From Blepharisma stoltei ATCC 30299 (Eukaryota; Protista; Ciliophora): 64,000 nt of DNA. Of this stretch, positions 1-15,000 are shown in pieces. Position 1 is the first letter of the stretch. Each line of letters begins with the position of its first letter. The position numbers and the translations under genes are program-made. Location of the stretch: NCBI GenBank assembly GCA_965603825.1, contig CBFDEM010000003.1, forward strand, positions 434,001-498,000, written 5' to 3'. The notes under the pieces are model-generated. The model did no database searches. It was not told where the DNA came from and saw only the letters and a program-made list of their open reading frames with translations.

Positions 1-3000
1 CACTTGCCATTCCTCGAAGAACTTTAAGAGACACTTATCAAAGAATAGTTGGTGAAGGTGATAAAGTTTTAGGTGCCCTAAAGAAACTTGACGTAGCCTT
101 AAAGAGATCTCCTAAGCAAGCCTTTGACAAATGGGCTAGGTTCGCTAAAGACTGTGGTACAAAGAGCATGCTCGACAACCTAAGAACTCAAAAGCTTCAG
201 AACGCTCTAGAAAAGATTCCTAAACGAACTATGAAGGATGCAGCTGATAGAATTCTTGGAAACGGAAATAGACTTAAAGGTGCTCTTCGCAGACTTTTCA
301 TCCAATTGCAAAAGAAGCCAAAAGAAGCATTTGATAAATGGAGAGGCTTTATGGATTCTTGCAAGAAGAACTCTTTATTAGATGCTCTTAAAGCGAAGAA
401 ATTACAAGACTCCTTAAACAAGATCCCTCAAAGAACTCTCAGAGATGCAAATAATAGAATCATCGGTCAAGGAAGCAAAACTGCTGGAGCTCTCAGAAGA
501 CTTGAAATTACTTTGAAAAAATCAGCTAGAGGCGCTTTCAATAAATGGGCAAACTTCTGTAAGGACTGCAAAGACAAGAAAATAATTGACAACTTAAGGA
601 CTCAACAATTGAAGAATGCCTTGATAAATGTACCAAAACGAACACTTAAAGATGCTACAGATCGTATCAAAGGACAAGGTGATAAAGTCAAAGGAGCTAT
701 AAGGACAGCCATTGGCGCACTAAAGCGAGTTCCTAGAGATGCATTGCAAAAGTGGAAGGACTTCGTAGATGATATTAAGAATAAGAAAACCTCTGACGCT
801 TTGAATGCTAAGAAATTGCAGACTGCACTTGAAAAAGTACCGATAAGAACTCTTAGAGATGCTCATAGTCGAATTATTGGTGAAGGAGATAAAATAGCTG
901 GAGCTATTAGAAGACTTGATATTAATCTTAAGAAAAAGCCAAAGCAAGCATTTGATAAATGGAAAAACTATCTCAGAGCGGTTAAAGACAAGAAAATAGC
1001 AGACAATCTCAAGACACAGCAGCTTAAAAATGCACTTAAGAATATTCCTAAACGAACTTTGAAAGATGCAGCACAAAGAATCAAAGGAGATGGAGATAAG
1101 GTTAAAGGAGTACTTAGAGCAGCATTTGCAATTCTTAGGAAAGCACCAAAGCAAGCATTTGATAAATGGCAAGACTTCGTCCAAGGAACCAAACAGAAGA
1201 AATCATTAAATGCTTTGAATGCTGAAAAACTGAAAAATGGATTAAGAAAGATCCCTGCTAGGACATTGAGAGAAGCTTATAACCAAATTGTTCCTGATAA
1301 TAAGAATGAGCTTCAAGCAGAAAAACTTAGAAAAGCACTTGATAAGATCCCATTACGCACTTTGAGATCTGCATTTAATCCTATTATTCTTGACAACTCT
1401 GATAAGATCAAGTCTGCATTGAGAAATCTTGCTGTTTTGTACTATCAAAGACCTAGAGACTGTTTGAATAAATGGAAACTTGGATGTGAAAAGAAGAAGA
1501 CTGCTGATTCCAACAAGAAACTCAAGGGAGCCATGCTTAAGAACGCTCTTGAAAAACCAGTCCGAAAGCAAGTAAGATCAGGAAGAGACAGATGCCAGCC
1601 AAGCGATAAGGTCAAGAAGACTCTACAAGTTTTCGCACTTCGAGTTGAAAAGATGCCTAGAGATGCTCTTAACAAATGGAAAGCTTTCTTAAACCTTGAG
1701 AAGAACGACAACCTCTCAGATGCAGTAAGAGCTCAAAAACTAAGATATGCACTTGACAGAATACCGATTAGGACTCTGAAAAATAATTATGACTTTATTT
1801 TGCAAAGACATGGAACCAGAGCTTTAGGAATATTGAGATTGTTGTTCAAACATTATCAAGAAATGCCTAGTGAAGCCATGAAGAAGTGGAAAGACTTTGT
1901 TAACAATTGCAAGCAAGGAGACTTACTTAACGCAGTAAACGCTCAGAAACTTAAGCTTGCCTTAGAAAGAATTCCTGTAAGGACCATCAAAGACGCGCAT
2001 CAAAGAATCTTAGGAGATGGAGACAAATTTGCCGGAAATGTCAGAAGAATTCTCATTCAACTGCAAAAGAAACCGAGAGTTGCCTTCAACATCTGGAAAC
2101 AGTACATTCAAGATTGTAAGACAAGAAACTTGTTTGACAATGTAAGATGCCAGAAACTAAAGAATGCTTTAGAAAAGATCCCTAAGAGAACACTCAAAGA
2201 CGCAACTCAAAGAATTATTGGAGGAGGTGATAAAGTTAAAGGAGCAATCAAGAATGTAATGAATGCAATGATCAAAAAACCAAGAGACGCTCTTCAGAAG
2301 TGGAAAGACTACATTAAAGACTGTCAGACAAAGAAAGCTGTAAACGCTCTCAAAGCTAACAAACTTAAGAATTGCTTAGAGAAGGTTATTCCAAGAACTC
2401 TCAGAGACGCTCATAACCGAATTGTTGGCCAAGGAAGCAAGATATTAGGAGCTCTTCGCAGAATGGAAATTCAGCTCAAGAATAAGCCACGAAACGCATT
2501 CAATAAATGGAAACTCTATCTTCAAGCTTGTAAAGAAAAAGGACTCCTCGACAATGTAAGAAGCCAAAAATTAATTAACATCGCTCTCGGCATCCCACGA
2601 AGAACTTTAAGAGAAACTTACCAAAGAATAGTAGGTGAAGGTGATAAAGTTTTAGGTGCCTTAAGAAAGCTTGACATAGCTCTAAAAAGATCTCCTAAAC
2701 AAGCCTTTGACAGGTGGGCTAGGTTCACTAAAGACTGTGGTACAAAGAACATGCTTGACAACTTGAAGACCCAAAAACTTCAAATCGCCTTAGAAAAGAT
2801 TCCTAAACGAACTCTCAAAGATGCAGCAGGCAGAATTCTTGAATCCAATAATAGACTTAAAGCAGCTCTTCGCAGACTTTTCATCCAGTTGCAAAAGAAA
2901 CCTAAAGAAGCAGTTGATACTTGAAAAGACTATATTGACTCCTGCAAGAAGAACGCTTTATTAGATGCTCTTAAGGCAAAGAAATTACAAGAATGCTTAA

Positions 3001-6000
3001 ACAAGATCCCTCAAAGAACTCTCAGAGACGCAAATAATCGAATTCTAGGCCAAGGAGACAAAGTTGCTGGAGCTCTCAGAAGACTTGAAATTACAATTAA
3101 AAAATCAGCTAGAGGAGCTTTCAATAAATGGGCAAACTTCTGTAAGGATTGCAAGGATAAGAAAATGCTTGACAACTTAAGGACTCAGCAATTAAAGAAT
3201 ACTTTAAGAAATCTACCAAAACGAACACTTAAAGATGCTGCAGACCGTGTCAAGGGCCAAGGTGATAAAGTCAAGGGAGCTTTAAGAGGAGCTGTTGTAG
3301 CTCTTAAGAAAGTACCAAGAGATGCATTGCAAAAGTGGAAGGACTTCGTAGATGATTGCAAGAAAAAGAAAGCTACTGATGCTTTAACTGCTAAGAAATT
3401 ACAAACTGCACTTGAAAAAGTACCGATTAGAACTCTTAGAGATGCTCATAACCGACTTATTGGTGAAGGAGATAAAATAGCTGGAGCTATTAGAAGACTT
3501 GATATTAATCTCAAGAAAAAGCCAAAACAAGCATTTGATAAATGGAAGAACTATCTCAAAGCAGTTAATGATAAGAAAGTAACAGATAACCTCAAAACTC
3601 AACAGCTTAAAGATGCCCTTAAGAATATTCCTAAGCGGACTATTAGAGATGCAGTCCAAAGAATTAAAGGTGATGGCGATAAAGTTAAAGGAGCTTTAAG
3701 AGCTGCATTGCTAATTTTGAAGAAAGCACCAAAGCAAGCATTTGATAAATGGAAAGACTTCTGCAATGGCACTAAACAAAAGGATTCATTGGATACTCTT
3801 AAGGCTGAAAAACTTAAAAACGGACTAAGGAAGATTCCTGCTCGAACATTGAGAGACGCTTTGAACCGAATGGTTCCTGACGCTAAGAACGATCTTCATG
3901 CAGAAAAACTTAGAAAAGCGCTTGATAAGATCCCATTACGCACTTTGAGATCAGCATTTAATCCTATTATTCTTGACAACTCTGATAAGATCAAGTCTGC
4001 CTTAAGAAACCTCGCCATTTTATACTATCAAAGACCTAGAGACTGTTTGAATAAATGGAAACTTGGATGTGAAAAGAAGAAGACTGCGGATTCCAACAAG
4101 AAACTCAAAGGAGCTATGCTTAAGAACGCTCTTGAAAAGCCAGTACGAAAGCAAGTAAGATCAGGAAGAGACAGATGCCAACCAAGCGATAAGGTCAAGA
4201 AGACTCTGCAGATTTTCGCACTAAGAGCTGAAAAGATGCCTAAGGATGCGATTAACAAATGGAAAGCTTTCTTGAATATTGTTAAAAACGACAACCTTTC
4301 AGATGCAGTAAGAGCACAAAAACTAAGATACGCCCTTGAAAGAATACCTATAAGGACTCTGAAAAATAATTATGACTATATTCTTCAAAGACATGGAACC
4401 AGAGCTTTAGGAATTTTGAGACTACTATTCAAGCACTACCAAGAAATGCCTAGTGAAGCTATGAAGAAGTGGAAAGACTTTGTAAACTCTTGCAAGCAAG
4501 GAGATCTTCTTAATGCAGTTAACGCTCAGAAACTGAAAATCGCATTAGAAAGAATTCCAATTAGAACCACCAGAGATGCCTACCAAAGAGTCTTAGGAGA
4601 TGGAGACAAACTTGCAGGAAATATCAGAAGAATCCTCATTCAACTGCAAAAGAAACCAAGAGTAGCTTTCAATATCTGGAAACAATACATTCAAGACTGC
4701 AAAGCAAGAAACTTGTTCGATAATGTCAGATCTCAGAAATTAAAGAATGCTTTAGAACGAATTCCTAAGAGAACACTCAAAGACGTAACTCAAAGAATCA
4801 TTGGAGGAGGTGACAAAGTCAAAGGAGCAATCAAGAATGTAATGAATGCAATGATCAGAAAACCAAGAGACGCTCTTCAGAAGTGGAAAGACTACATTAA
4901 AGACTGCCAGACAAAGAAAGCTGTAAACGCTCTCAAAGCTAACAAACTCAAGACTTCTTTAGAGAAGGTTCTTCCAAGAACCCTTAGAGACGCTCATAAC
5001 CGAATTATTGGCCAAGGAAGCAAGATATTAGGAGCTCTTCGCAGAATGGAAATCCAACTCAAGAATAAGCCACGAAACGCATTCAATAAATGGAAGCTCT
5101 ATCTTCAAGCTTGTAAAGAAAAAGGACTTCTCGACAACGTAAGAACCCAAAAATTAGCCAACATTGCACTTGCAATTCCTCGTAGAACTCTTAGAGAAGC
5201 TTATCAAAGAGTTGTTGGAGAAGGAGACAAAGTCTTAGGAGCACTAAGAAGGCTCGAGATTACATTAAAGAGATCCCCTAAGCAAGCATTTGACAAATGG
5301 GCTAAGTTTGCAAAGGATTGCAATTCTAAGAATATGCTTGATAACTTGAGAACTCAAAAACTTAAAAGCGCTTTAGAAAAGATCCCTACTCGAACCATGA
5401 AAGATGCAGCAGATAAAATCCTTGGAAATGGCAATAGACTTAAAGGAGCACTTCGCAGACTTTGGATCCAATTGCAAAGGAAGCCAAAAGATGCATTTGA
5501 GAAATGGAAAGATTTTGTGCACGACAGCAAAAAGAATAACTTACTAGACGCTCTGAAAGCTAAGCAATTGCAAGACTCTTTGCTTAAGATCCCTCAAAGA
5601 ACTATTAGAGATGCTTATAATAGAATTACTGGCCAAGGTAACCAAGTCGCAGGAGCTCTAAGAAGACTTGAAATCACACTTAAGAAAAAAGAAGGAGCTG
5701 CCTTTAATAAGTGGATCAATTTCTGCAAAGACATCGATAAAAAGAAAATGATTGATAATTTGAGAACACAACAACTAAAGAATGCATTGAGAAATATTCC
5801 TAAGAGAACAATGAAAGACGCTACTGATCGTATCAAAGGAGAAGGCGATAAAGTCAAAGGAGCTATAAGAACAGCCATTTTGGCGCTTAAGAGAAAGCCT
5901 CGAGATGCATTGCAAAAATGGAAGGACTTTGTAGAAGATTGCAAGAAAAAGAAGACCTTAGATGCATTAAATGCTAAGAAGCTGCAAACTGCCCTTGAAA

Positions 6001-9000
6001 AGCTACCTCAGAGAACCCTTAGAGATGCTCATAATAGAATTGTTGGAGAAGGTAACAAAGTTGCTGGAGCCCTCAGAAGACTTGAAATTAATTTAAAGAA
6101 AAAGCCAAAGCAAGCATTTGATAAGTGGAAAGACTATCTCAGAGCTGTCAAAGAAAAGAAACTTATGGACAACGTCAGAGTTCAACAACTTAGAGCAGCA
6201 ATGAAGAATATCCCTAGAAGAACCTTGAAAGATGCAGCTGAAAGAGTTAAAGGAGAAGGCGACAAAGTTAAAGGAGTCTTAAGAGCAGCACTTTCAGCTA
6301 TTAAGAAAGCACCAAAGCAAGCATTTGATAAATGGAAGGATTGCATTAGAGGAACTAAAGATAAAGAAACACTGGTAGCTTTGAACGCTAAGAAATTGCA
6401 CACAGCCCTCGAAAAGATTCCACAGCGAACTATGCGCGATGCTTATAACCGCATTACAAGCGATAGCAATATCGTTAAAAGTGCTATAAGAGGAATTGTG
6501 ATTGCACTTAATAAGAAATCCAGAGAAGCTTTTGATATTTGGAATAAGTTCAACAAAGACTGCAACAAGAAGAATGTTATGGATCAGCTGAAAACCGAAA
6601 AATTAAGAAATGCTTTAGCTAATATTCCTAGACGAATTCTGAAGGATGCTCACAATAGAATTATTGGACAAGGCAAAGTTGTAGCCGGAGCACTCAGAAG
6701 ACTTCAGATAGCAATTAATAAGAAGCCTAAGCAAGCCTTTGATAAATGGAAAGATTTCGTGAATGACACTAAGACAAAGAAAGTTTTGGACAACTTAAGA
6801 TCTGAGAAATTACGAAATACTTTAGCGAAAATACCTTTGCGCACAACAAGAGATGCCTTTGAAAGAGTCATTGGAGGAGGAGACAAAGTTAAAGGTGCTC
6901 TAAGACGTCTAATGCTTACTTTACAGAAGAAGACTAAAGCTGCTTTCGACAAGTGGAATAAGTTCAACAGAGATTGCACAGACAAGAAGCTTACTGATAA
7001 CACTCGCACAGAAAAACTTAGAAATGCTTTAGCAAGAATTCCAATAAGAACTGTTAAAGATGCTGCTGATCGAATTCTCGGAGGAAACAACAAAGTCGCT
7101 GGAGCCCTTAGAAGACTTGAAATCTCAATCACAAAGAAGCCTAAGCAAGCCTTCAATAAATGGAAAGACTTTATTCAAGACGTCAAAGAACAGAAACTTG
7201 TTGACAATGTCAGAGCTAAAAATCTCAACGATGTACTAAGAAGAATCCCATTGAGAACCTCAAAGGATGCTTTCAACAGAATCATTGGCCAAGGAAACAA
7301 CGTTGCAGGTGCTTTAAGAAGGTTTGAAATTTCTCTACAAAAGAAGCCTAAGCAAGCATTTGATCTATGGAAAGACTACGTTAAAGCAACTAAAGACAAG
7401 AAAATATTAGATGCGTTGAATGCTCGCAAATTAAATGATGCTTTAGCCAAGATTCCTGTTCGAACACTTAGAAATAGCTTCAACAGTATTGTTGCTACCA
7501 AAGACAGGCTCATTGGAGCACTCAAAGCCTTAGCACGAAGAGCTGAAAGAATGCCTAAAGTTGCTTTTGATAAGCTAGCCAAGAATGCAAACAAAGCTAA
7601 AGCTGATAATTTGAAAGAAGAACTTAAAGGCCAGCAATTGAAGAATGTCCTGAGAAAGATACCAGCTAGAACCTTAAGAGATGCTTACGGAAATATTGTT
7701 CCTGATACTAAGAATGATAAACTTCAAGGAGAAAAACTTAGAAAAGCACTTGATAAGATCCCATTACGTACTTTGAGATCTGCATTTAATCCTATTATTC
7801 TTGTTAATGCTGATAAGATTAAGTCTGCCTTGAGAAATCTTGCCGTTTTATACTATCAAAGACCTAGAGATTGCTTAAATAAATGGAAACTTGGATGTGA
7901 AAAGAAGAAGACTGCTGATTCCAACAAGAAACTCAAAGGAGCTATGCTTAAGAACGCTCTTGAAAAACCAGTCCGAAAACAAGTAAGATCAGGAAGAGAC
8001 AGATGTCAGCCAAGCGATAAGGTAAAGAAGACTCTACAAGTTTTTGCACTTCGAGTTGAAAAGATGCCTAGAGACGCTATTAGCAAATGGAAAGCTTTCT
8101 TAAACCTTGAGAAGAACGACAACCTCTCAGATGCAATAAGAGCTGAAAAATTAAGATATGCACTTGGCAGAATTCCTATCAGAACACTGAAAAATAATTA
8201 TGACTATATTCTGCAAAGACATGGAACCAGAGCTTTAGGAATTTTGAGACTACTATTCAAGCACTATCAAGAAATGCCTAGTGAAGCCATGAAGAAATGG
8301 AAAGACTTTGTAAACTCTTGCAAGCAAGGAGATCTTCTTAATGCAGTAAACGCTCAGAAACTGAAAATCGCATTAGAAAGAATTCCTACTAGAACCACCA
8401 GAGATGCCTACCAAAGAATCTTAGGAGATGGAGACAAACTCGCAGGAAATGTCAGAAGAATCCTCATTCAGCTTCAAAAGAAACCAAGAGTTGCCTTCAA
8501 CATCTGGAAGCAATACATTCAAGACTGCAAAGCAAGAAACTTGTTCGATAATGTCAGATCTCAGAAATTAAAGAACGCTTTAGAACGAATTCCTAAGAGA
8601 ACACTCAAAGACGCAACTCAAAGAATCATTGGAGGAGGTGATAAAGTTAAAGGAGCAATCAAGAATGTAATGAATGCAATGATAAGGAAACCAAGAGACG
8701 CTCTTCAGAAGTGGAAAGACTACATTAAAGATTGTCAGACAAAGAAAGCTGTAAACGCTCTCAAAGCTAACAAACTTAAAAATTGCTTAGAGAAGGTTCT
8801 TCCAAGAACCCTTAGAGACGCTCATAACAGAATTATTGGTCAAGGAAGCAAGATATTAGGAGCTCTTCGCAGAATGGAAATCCAACTCAAGAATAAGCCA
8901 CGAAACGCATTCAATAAATGGAAGCTCTATCTTCAAGCTTGTAAAGAAAAAGGACTTCTCGACAACGTAAGAACCCAAAAATTAGCCAACATTGCACTTG

Positions 9001-12000
9001 CAATTCCTCGTAGAACTCTTAGAGAAGCTTATCAAAGAGTTGTTGGAGAAGGAGACAAAGTCTTAGGAGCACTAAGAAGGCTCGAGATTACATTAAAGAG
9101 ATCCCCTAAGCAAGCATTTGACAAATGGGCTAAGTTTGCAAAGGATTGCAATTCTAAGAATATGCTTGATAACTTGAGAACTCAAAAACTTAAAAGCGCT
9201 TTAGAGAAGATCCCTACTCGAACCATGAAAGATGCAGCTGATAAAATCCTTGGAAATGGCAATAGACTTAAAGGAGCACTTCGCAGACTTTGGATCCAAT
9301 TGCAAAGGAAACCAAAAGATGCATTTGAGAAATGGAAAGATTTTGTGTACGATAGCAAGAAGAATGGCTTATTAGACGCTCTGAAAGCTAAGCAATTGCA
9401 AGACTCTTTGCTTAAGATCCCTCAGAGAACTCTTAGAGATTCTTACAATAGAATTAATGGAGAAGGAAATAAATTAGCTGGAGTATTCAGAAGACTTGAA
9501 ATAACTCTAAAGAAATCACCAAAGGCTGCTTTCGATAAGTGGGCTGACTTCTGCAAGGATTGTGAGAAGAAGAAAATGATTGATAATCTAAGAACTCAGC
9601 AATTAAAGAACGCATTGAGAAATATCCCTAAGAGAACAATGAAAGATGCTGCTGATCGTGTCAAAGGAGAAGGTGATAAAGTTAAAGGAGCTATCAGAGG
9701 GGCAATTATGGCACTTAAGAAAAAACCTAGAGATGCAATGCAAAAGTGGAAGGACTTTGTAGAAGATTGCAAGAAAAGAAAGACTTTAGATGCATTAAAT
9801 GCTAAGAAACTACAAACTGCCCTCGAAAAACTACCTCAGAGAACTCTTAGAGATGCTCATAATAGAATTGTTGGAGAAGGTAACAAAGTTGCTGGAGCCC
9901 TCAGAAGACTTGAAATTAACTTAAAGAAAAAGCCAAAGCAAGCATTTGATAAGTGGAAAGACTATCTCAGAGCTGTCAAAGAAAAGAAACTTATGGACAA
10001 CGTCAGAGTTCAACAACTTAGAGCAGCAATGAAGAACATCCCTAGAAGAACCTTGAAAGATGCAGCTGAAAGAGTTAAAGGAGAAGGCGACAAAGTTAAA
10101 GGAGTCTTAAGAGCAGCACTTTCAGCTATTAAGAAAGCGCCAAAGCAAGCATTTGATAAATGGAAGGATTATATTAGAGGAACTAAAGATAAAGAAACAC
10201 TGGTATCTTTGAACGCTAAGAAATTGCACACAGCCCTCGAAAAGATTCCACAGCGAACTATGCGCGATGCTTATAACCGCATTACAAACGATAGCAATAT
10301 CGTTAAAAGTGCTATAAGAGGAATTGTGATTGCACTTAATAAGAAATCCAGAGAAGCTTTTGATATTTGGAATAAGTTCAACAAAGACTGCAACAAGAAG
10401 AATGTTATGGATCAGCTGAAAACTGAAAAATTAAGAAATGCTTTAGCTAATATTCCTAGACGAATTCTGAAGGATGCTCACAATAGAATTATTGGACAAG
10501 GCAAAGTTGTAGCCGGAGCACTCAGAAGACTTCAGATAGCAATTAATAAGAAGCCTAAGCAAGCCTTTGATAAATGGAAAGATTTCGTGAATGATACTAA
10601 AACAAAGAAAGTTTTGGACAACTTAAGATCTGAGAAATTACGAAATACTTTAGCGAAAATACCTTTGCGCACAACAAGAGATGCCTTTGAAAGAGTCATT
10701 GGAGGAGGAGACAAAGTTAAAGGTGCTTTAAGACGTCTAATGCTTACTTTACAGAAGAAGACTAAAGCTGCTTTCGACAAGTGGAATAAGTTCAACAGAG
10801 ATTGCACAGACAAGAAGCTTACTGATAACACCCGCACAGAAAAACTTAGAAATGCTTTAGTGAGAATTCCAATAAGAACTGTTAAAGATGCTGCTGATCG
10901 AATCCTCGGAGGAGACAATAAAATCGCTGGAGCCCTTAGAAGACTTGAAATCTCAATCACAAAGAAGCCTAAGCAAGCCTTCAATAAATGGAAAGACTTT
11001 GTTCAAGACGTCAAAGAACAGAAACTTGTTGACAATGTCAGAGCTAAAAGTCTCAACGATGTCCTTAGAAAGATCCCATTGAGAACTTCAAAGGATGCTT
11101 TCAATAGAATTATTGGCCAAGGAAACAACGTTGCAGGCGCTTTACGAAGACTTGAAATTTCGCTCCAAAAGAAGCCTAAGCAAGCATTTGATCTATGGAA
11201 AGACTACGTTAAAGCAACTAAAGACAAGAAAGTATTAGATGCGTTGAATGCTCGCAAATTAAATGATGCTTTAGCCAAGATTCCTGCTCGAACACTTAGA
11301 AATAGCTTCAACAGTATTGTTGCTACTAAAGACAGAGTCATTGGAGCACTCAAAGCCTTAGCCCGAAGAGCTGAAAGGATGCCTAAGGTCGCTTTTGATA
11401 AATTAGCTAAGAATGCAAATAAAGCTAAGACTGATACTTTGAAGGAGCAAGCTGATAATTTGAAAGAAGAGCTTAAAGGTCAGCAATTGAAGAATGTTCT
11501 AAGAAAGATACCAGCCAGAACATTAAGAGAAGCCTACGCAAAAATTGTTCCTGATACTAAGAATGATAAACTTCAAGGAGAAAAACTTAGAAAAGCTCTA
11601 GACAAGATTCCTATTCGCACTTTGAGATCTGCATTTAATCCTATTATTCTCGTTAACGCTGACAAGATCAAGTCTGCCTTGAGAAACCTCGCCGTTTTAT
11701 ACTATCAAAGACCTAGAGATTGCTTAAATAAATGGAAACTTGGATGTGAAAAGAAGAAGACTGCTGATTCCAACAAGAAACTCAAAGGAGCCATGCTTAA
11801 GAACGCTCTTGAAAAACCAGTCCGAAAACAAGTAAGATCAGGAAGAGACAGATGCCAGCCAAGCGATAAGGTAAAGAAGACTCTACAAGTTTTTGCACTT
11901 CGAGTTGAAAAGATGCCTAGAGACGCTATTAGCAAATGGAAAGCTTTCTTAAACCTTGAGAAGAACGACAACCTCTCAGATGCAGTAAGAGCCCAAAAAC

Positions 12001-15000
12001 TAAGATATGCACTTGACAGAATACCGATTAGGACTCTGAAAAATAATTATGACTTTATTTTGCAAAGACATGGAACCAGAGCTTTAGGAATATTGAGATT
12101 GCTGTTCAAACATTATCAAGAAATGCCTAGTGAAGCCATGAAGAAATGGAAAGACTTTGTTAACAATTGCAAGCAAGGAGACCTACTTAACGCTGTAAAC
12201 GCTCAGAAACTGAAAATCGCATTAGAAAGAATTCCTGCAAGGACCATCAAAGATGCGCATCAAAGAATCTTAGGAGATGGAGACAAATTCGCAGGAAATG
12301 TTAGAAGAATCCTTATTCAGCTTCAAAAGAAACCAAGAATTGCCTTCAACATCTGGAAACAATACATTCAAGATTGTAAGACAAGAAACTTATTCGACAA
12401 TGTCAGATCCCAGAAATTAAAGAATGCTTTAGGAAGGATACCGAAGAGAACAATCAAAGATGCAACTCAAAGAATCATCGGAGGAGGTGATAAAGTCAAA
12501 GGAGCAATCAAGAATGTAATGAATGCAATGATAAGGAAACCAAGAGACGCTCTTCAGAAGTGGAAAGACTACATTAAAGACTGTCAGACAAAGAAAGCTG
12601 TAAATGCTCTCAAAGCAAACAAACTCAAGACTTCCTTAGAAAAAGTTATACCAAGAACTCTAAGAGATGCTCATAACCGAATTGTTGGCCAAGGAAGCAA
12701 AATATTAGGAGCTCTTCGCAGAATGGAAATTCAGCTCAAGAATAAGCCACGAAATGCATTCAATAAATGGAAACTCTATCTTCAAGCTTGTAAAGAAAAA
12801 GGACTGCTCGATAATGTAAGAAGCCAAAAATTAGCCAACATTGCACTTGCCATTCCTCGACGAACTTTAAGAGACACTTACCAAAGAATAGTTGGTGAAG
12901 GTGACAAAGTTTTAGGTGCCCTAAAGAAACTTGAAGTGGCCTTAAAGAGATCCCCTAAGCAAGCCTTTGACAAATGGGCTAAGTTCGCTAAAGACTGTGG
13001 TACAAAGAACATGCTCGACAACCTAAGAACTCAAAAACTTCAAAACGCCTTAGAAAAGATTCCTAAACGAACCATAAAGGATGCAGCTGACAGAATCCTT
13101 GGAGCTGGCAACAAAGTTAGAGGCGCACTTCGCAGACTTTTCATTCAGCTTCAAAAGAAGCCTAAAGACGCCTTTGAGAAATGGAAAGACTTCGTCAACG
13201 ATTGTAAGAAGAATGGCTTGCTTGACGCTCTCAAAGCTAAAAAACTGCAAGATTTAGTCCTTAAAATCCCACAGAGAACTATCAGAGACGCCTACACCCG
13301 GGTTGTAGGCCAAGGGAACCAAATAGCAGGAATATTCAGAAGGCTTGAAATTACATTAAAGAAATCCGCAAAAGGAGCCTTCAGCAAATGGGCAAACTTC
13401 TGCAAGGACTGCAACACCAAGAAAATGCTTGACAACGTACGAACTCAGCAGCTTAAGAACCTTCTGCAAAGCATCCCACGAAGAACCTTAAAAGACGCCA
13501 CAGACCGCATCAAAGGAGAAGGCGACAAAGTCAAAGGAGCCATGCGCAGCATCATTAACAGTCTCAAACGAAAGCCTAAAGACGCCTTTGAAAAATGGAA
13601 AGCTTACCTAAGTGATATCAAGACTAAAAACGTTTTGGACGCCCTAAACGCTAAGAAGTTACAAGCGGCCCTTGGCAAAGTCCCTCAAAGAACTCTTAGA
13701 GACTCCCTCAGCCGTCTCATAGGAGAAGGCAGCAAATTGGCAGGCGCCATCAGAAGACTTGACATCAACCTCAAGAAGAAGCCCAAAGAAGCCTTCGAAA
13801 AGTGGAAGAAATACGTCAGAGACTGCAACGAAAAGAAAATCATGGACAATCTCAAGACTGAGAAGCTTAAACATGCAGTAGAGAGAATTCCTCGAAGAAC
13901 CCTAAAAGATGCAATAGGAAGAGTTATAGGAGAAAGCGACAAACTGAAAGGGGCTCTAAGGACTATTCTTTCTGCATTGAAGAGATCACCTAAACAAGCT
14001 TATGACAAGTGGAAAGACTTTGTTAATGATTGCAAGAATAAAAATTCATTAGATGCATTGAACGCCAAGAAGCTGCAGACTACACTTGAAAAACTGCCTC
14101 AGAGGACCATGAGAGATGCATATTCTCGCATTTTGGGTGACAATAACATTGTAAAAGGTGCTATAAGAAGGATCATGATTTCGCTTAACAAGAAGACTAA
14201 AGAAGCCTTTGACCTATGGGAACAGTTCAATAAACAAGCCAAGAAAAAGACCATCTTAGACCAGCTGAGGACTGAAAAACTAAGAAATGCTTTATCCAAT
14301 ATTCCAAGACGTGTCATTAAGGACGCTCACAACCGCATTATTGGACAAGGCAAAGCTGTAGCTGGAGCCCTCCGAAGACTTCAAATAGCTATTAACAAGA
14401 AGCCGAAACAAGCTTTCGATAAATGGAAAGACTTTATCCATGACATTGAGACCAAGAAAGTCCTTGATAATTTAAGGTCAGAAAAACTGAGATCAACACT
14501 CGCAAAATTACCATTAAGAACTGTCAAAGATACTGTAGAAAGGATCATTGGAGGAGGCGACAAAGTAAAAGGAGCTTTAAGAAGGATTATGCTGGCACTA
14601 CAAAAGAAGACTAAGACTGCCTTCGATAAATGGAGAATCTTCACCAAAGACTGCAATGAAAAGAAATGGACTGACAATGCAAGGACTGAAAAATTAAGAA
14701 ATGCATTAGCCAAGATCCCTGCAAGGATCGTCAAAGATGCAGCTGATAGGATTATTGGAGGAAACAATAAGGTCGCTGGAGCACTTAGAAGGCTTGAAAT
14801 TGCAATTACAAAGAAGCCGAAGGCTGCTTTCGATAAGTGGAAGAACTATTTGCAAGCTTGCAGAGAAAAGAAATTAATGGACAATGTCAAAGCGACTAGT
14901 CTTGAAAACACGCTTAAGAAGATTCCTTTGAGGACCGCTAAAGATGCACTTAATAGAGTTTTGGGACAAGGAAACACCGTAGCAGGAGCACTCAGAAGAC

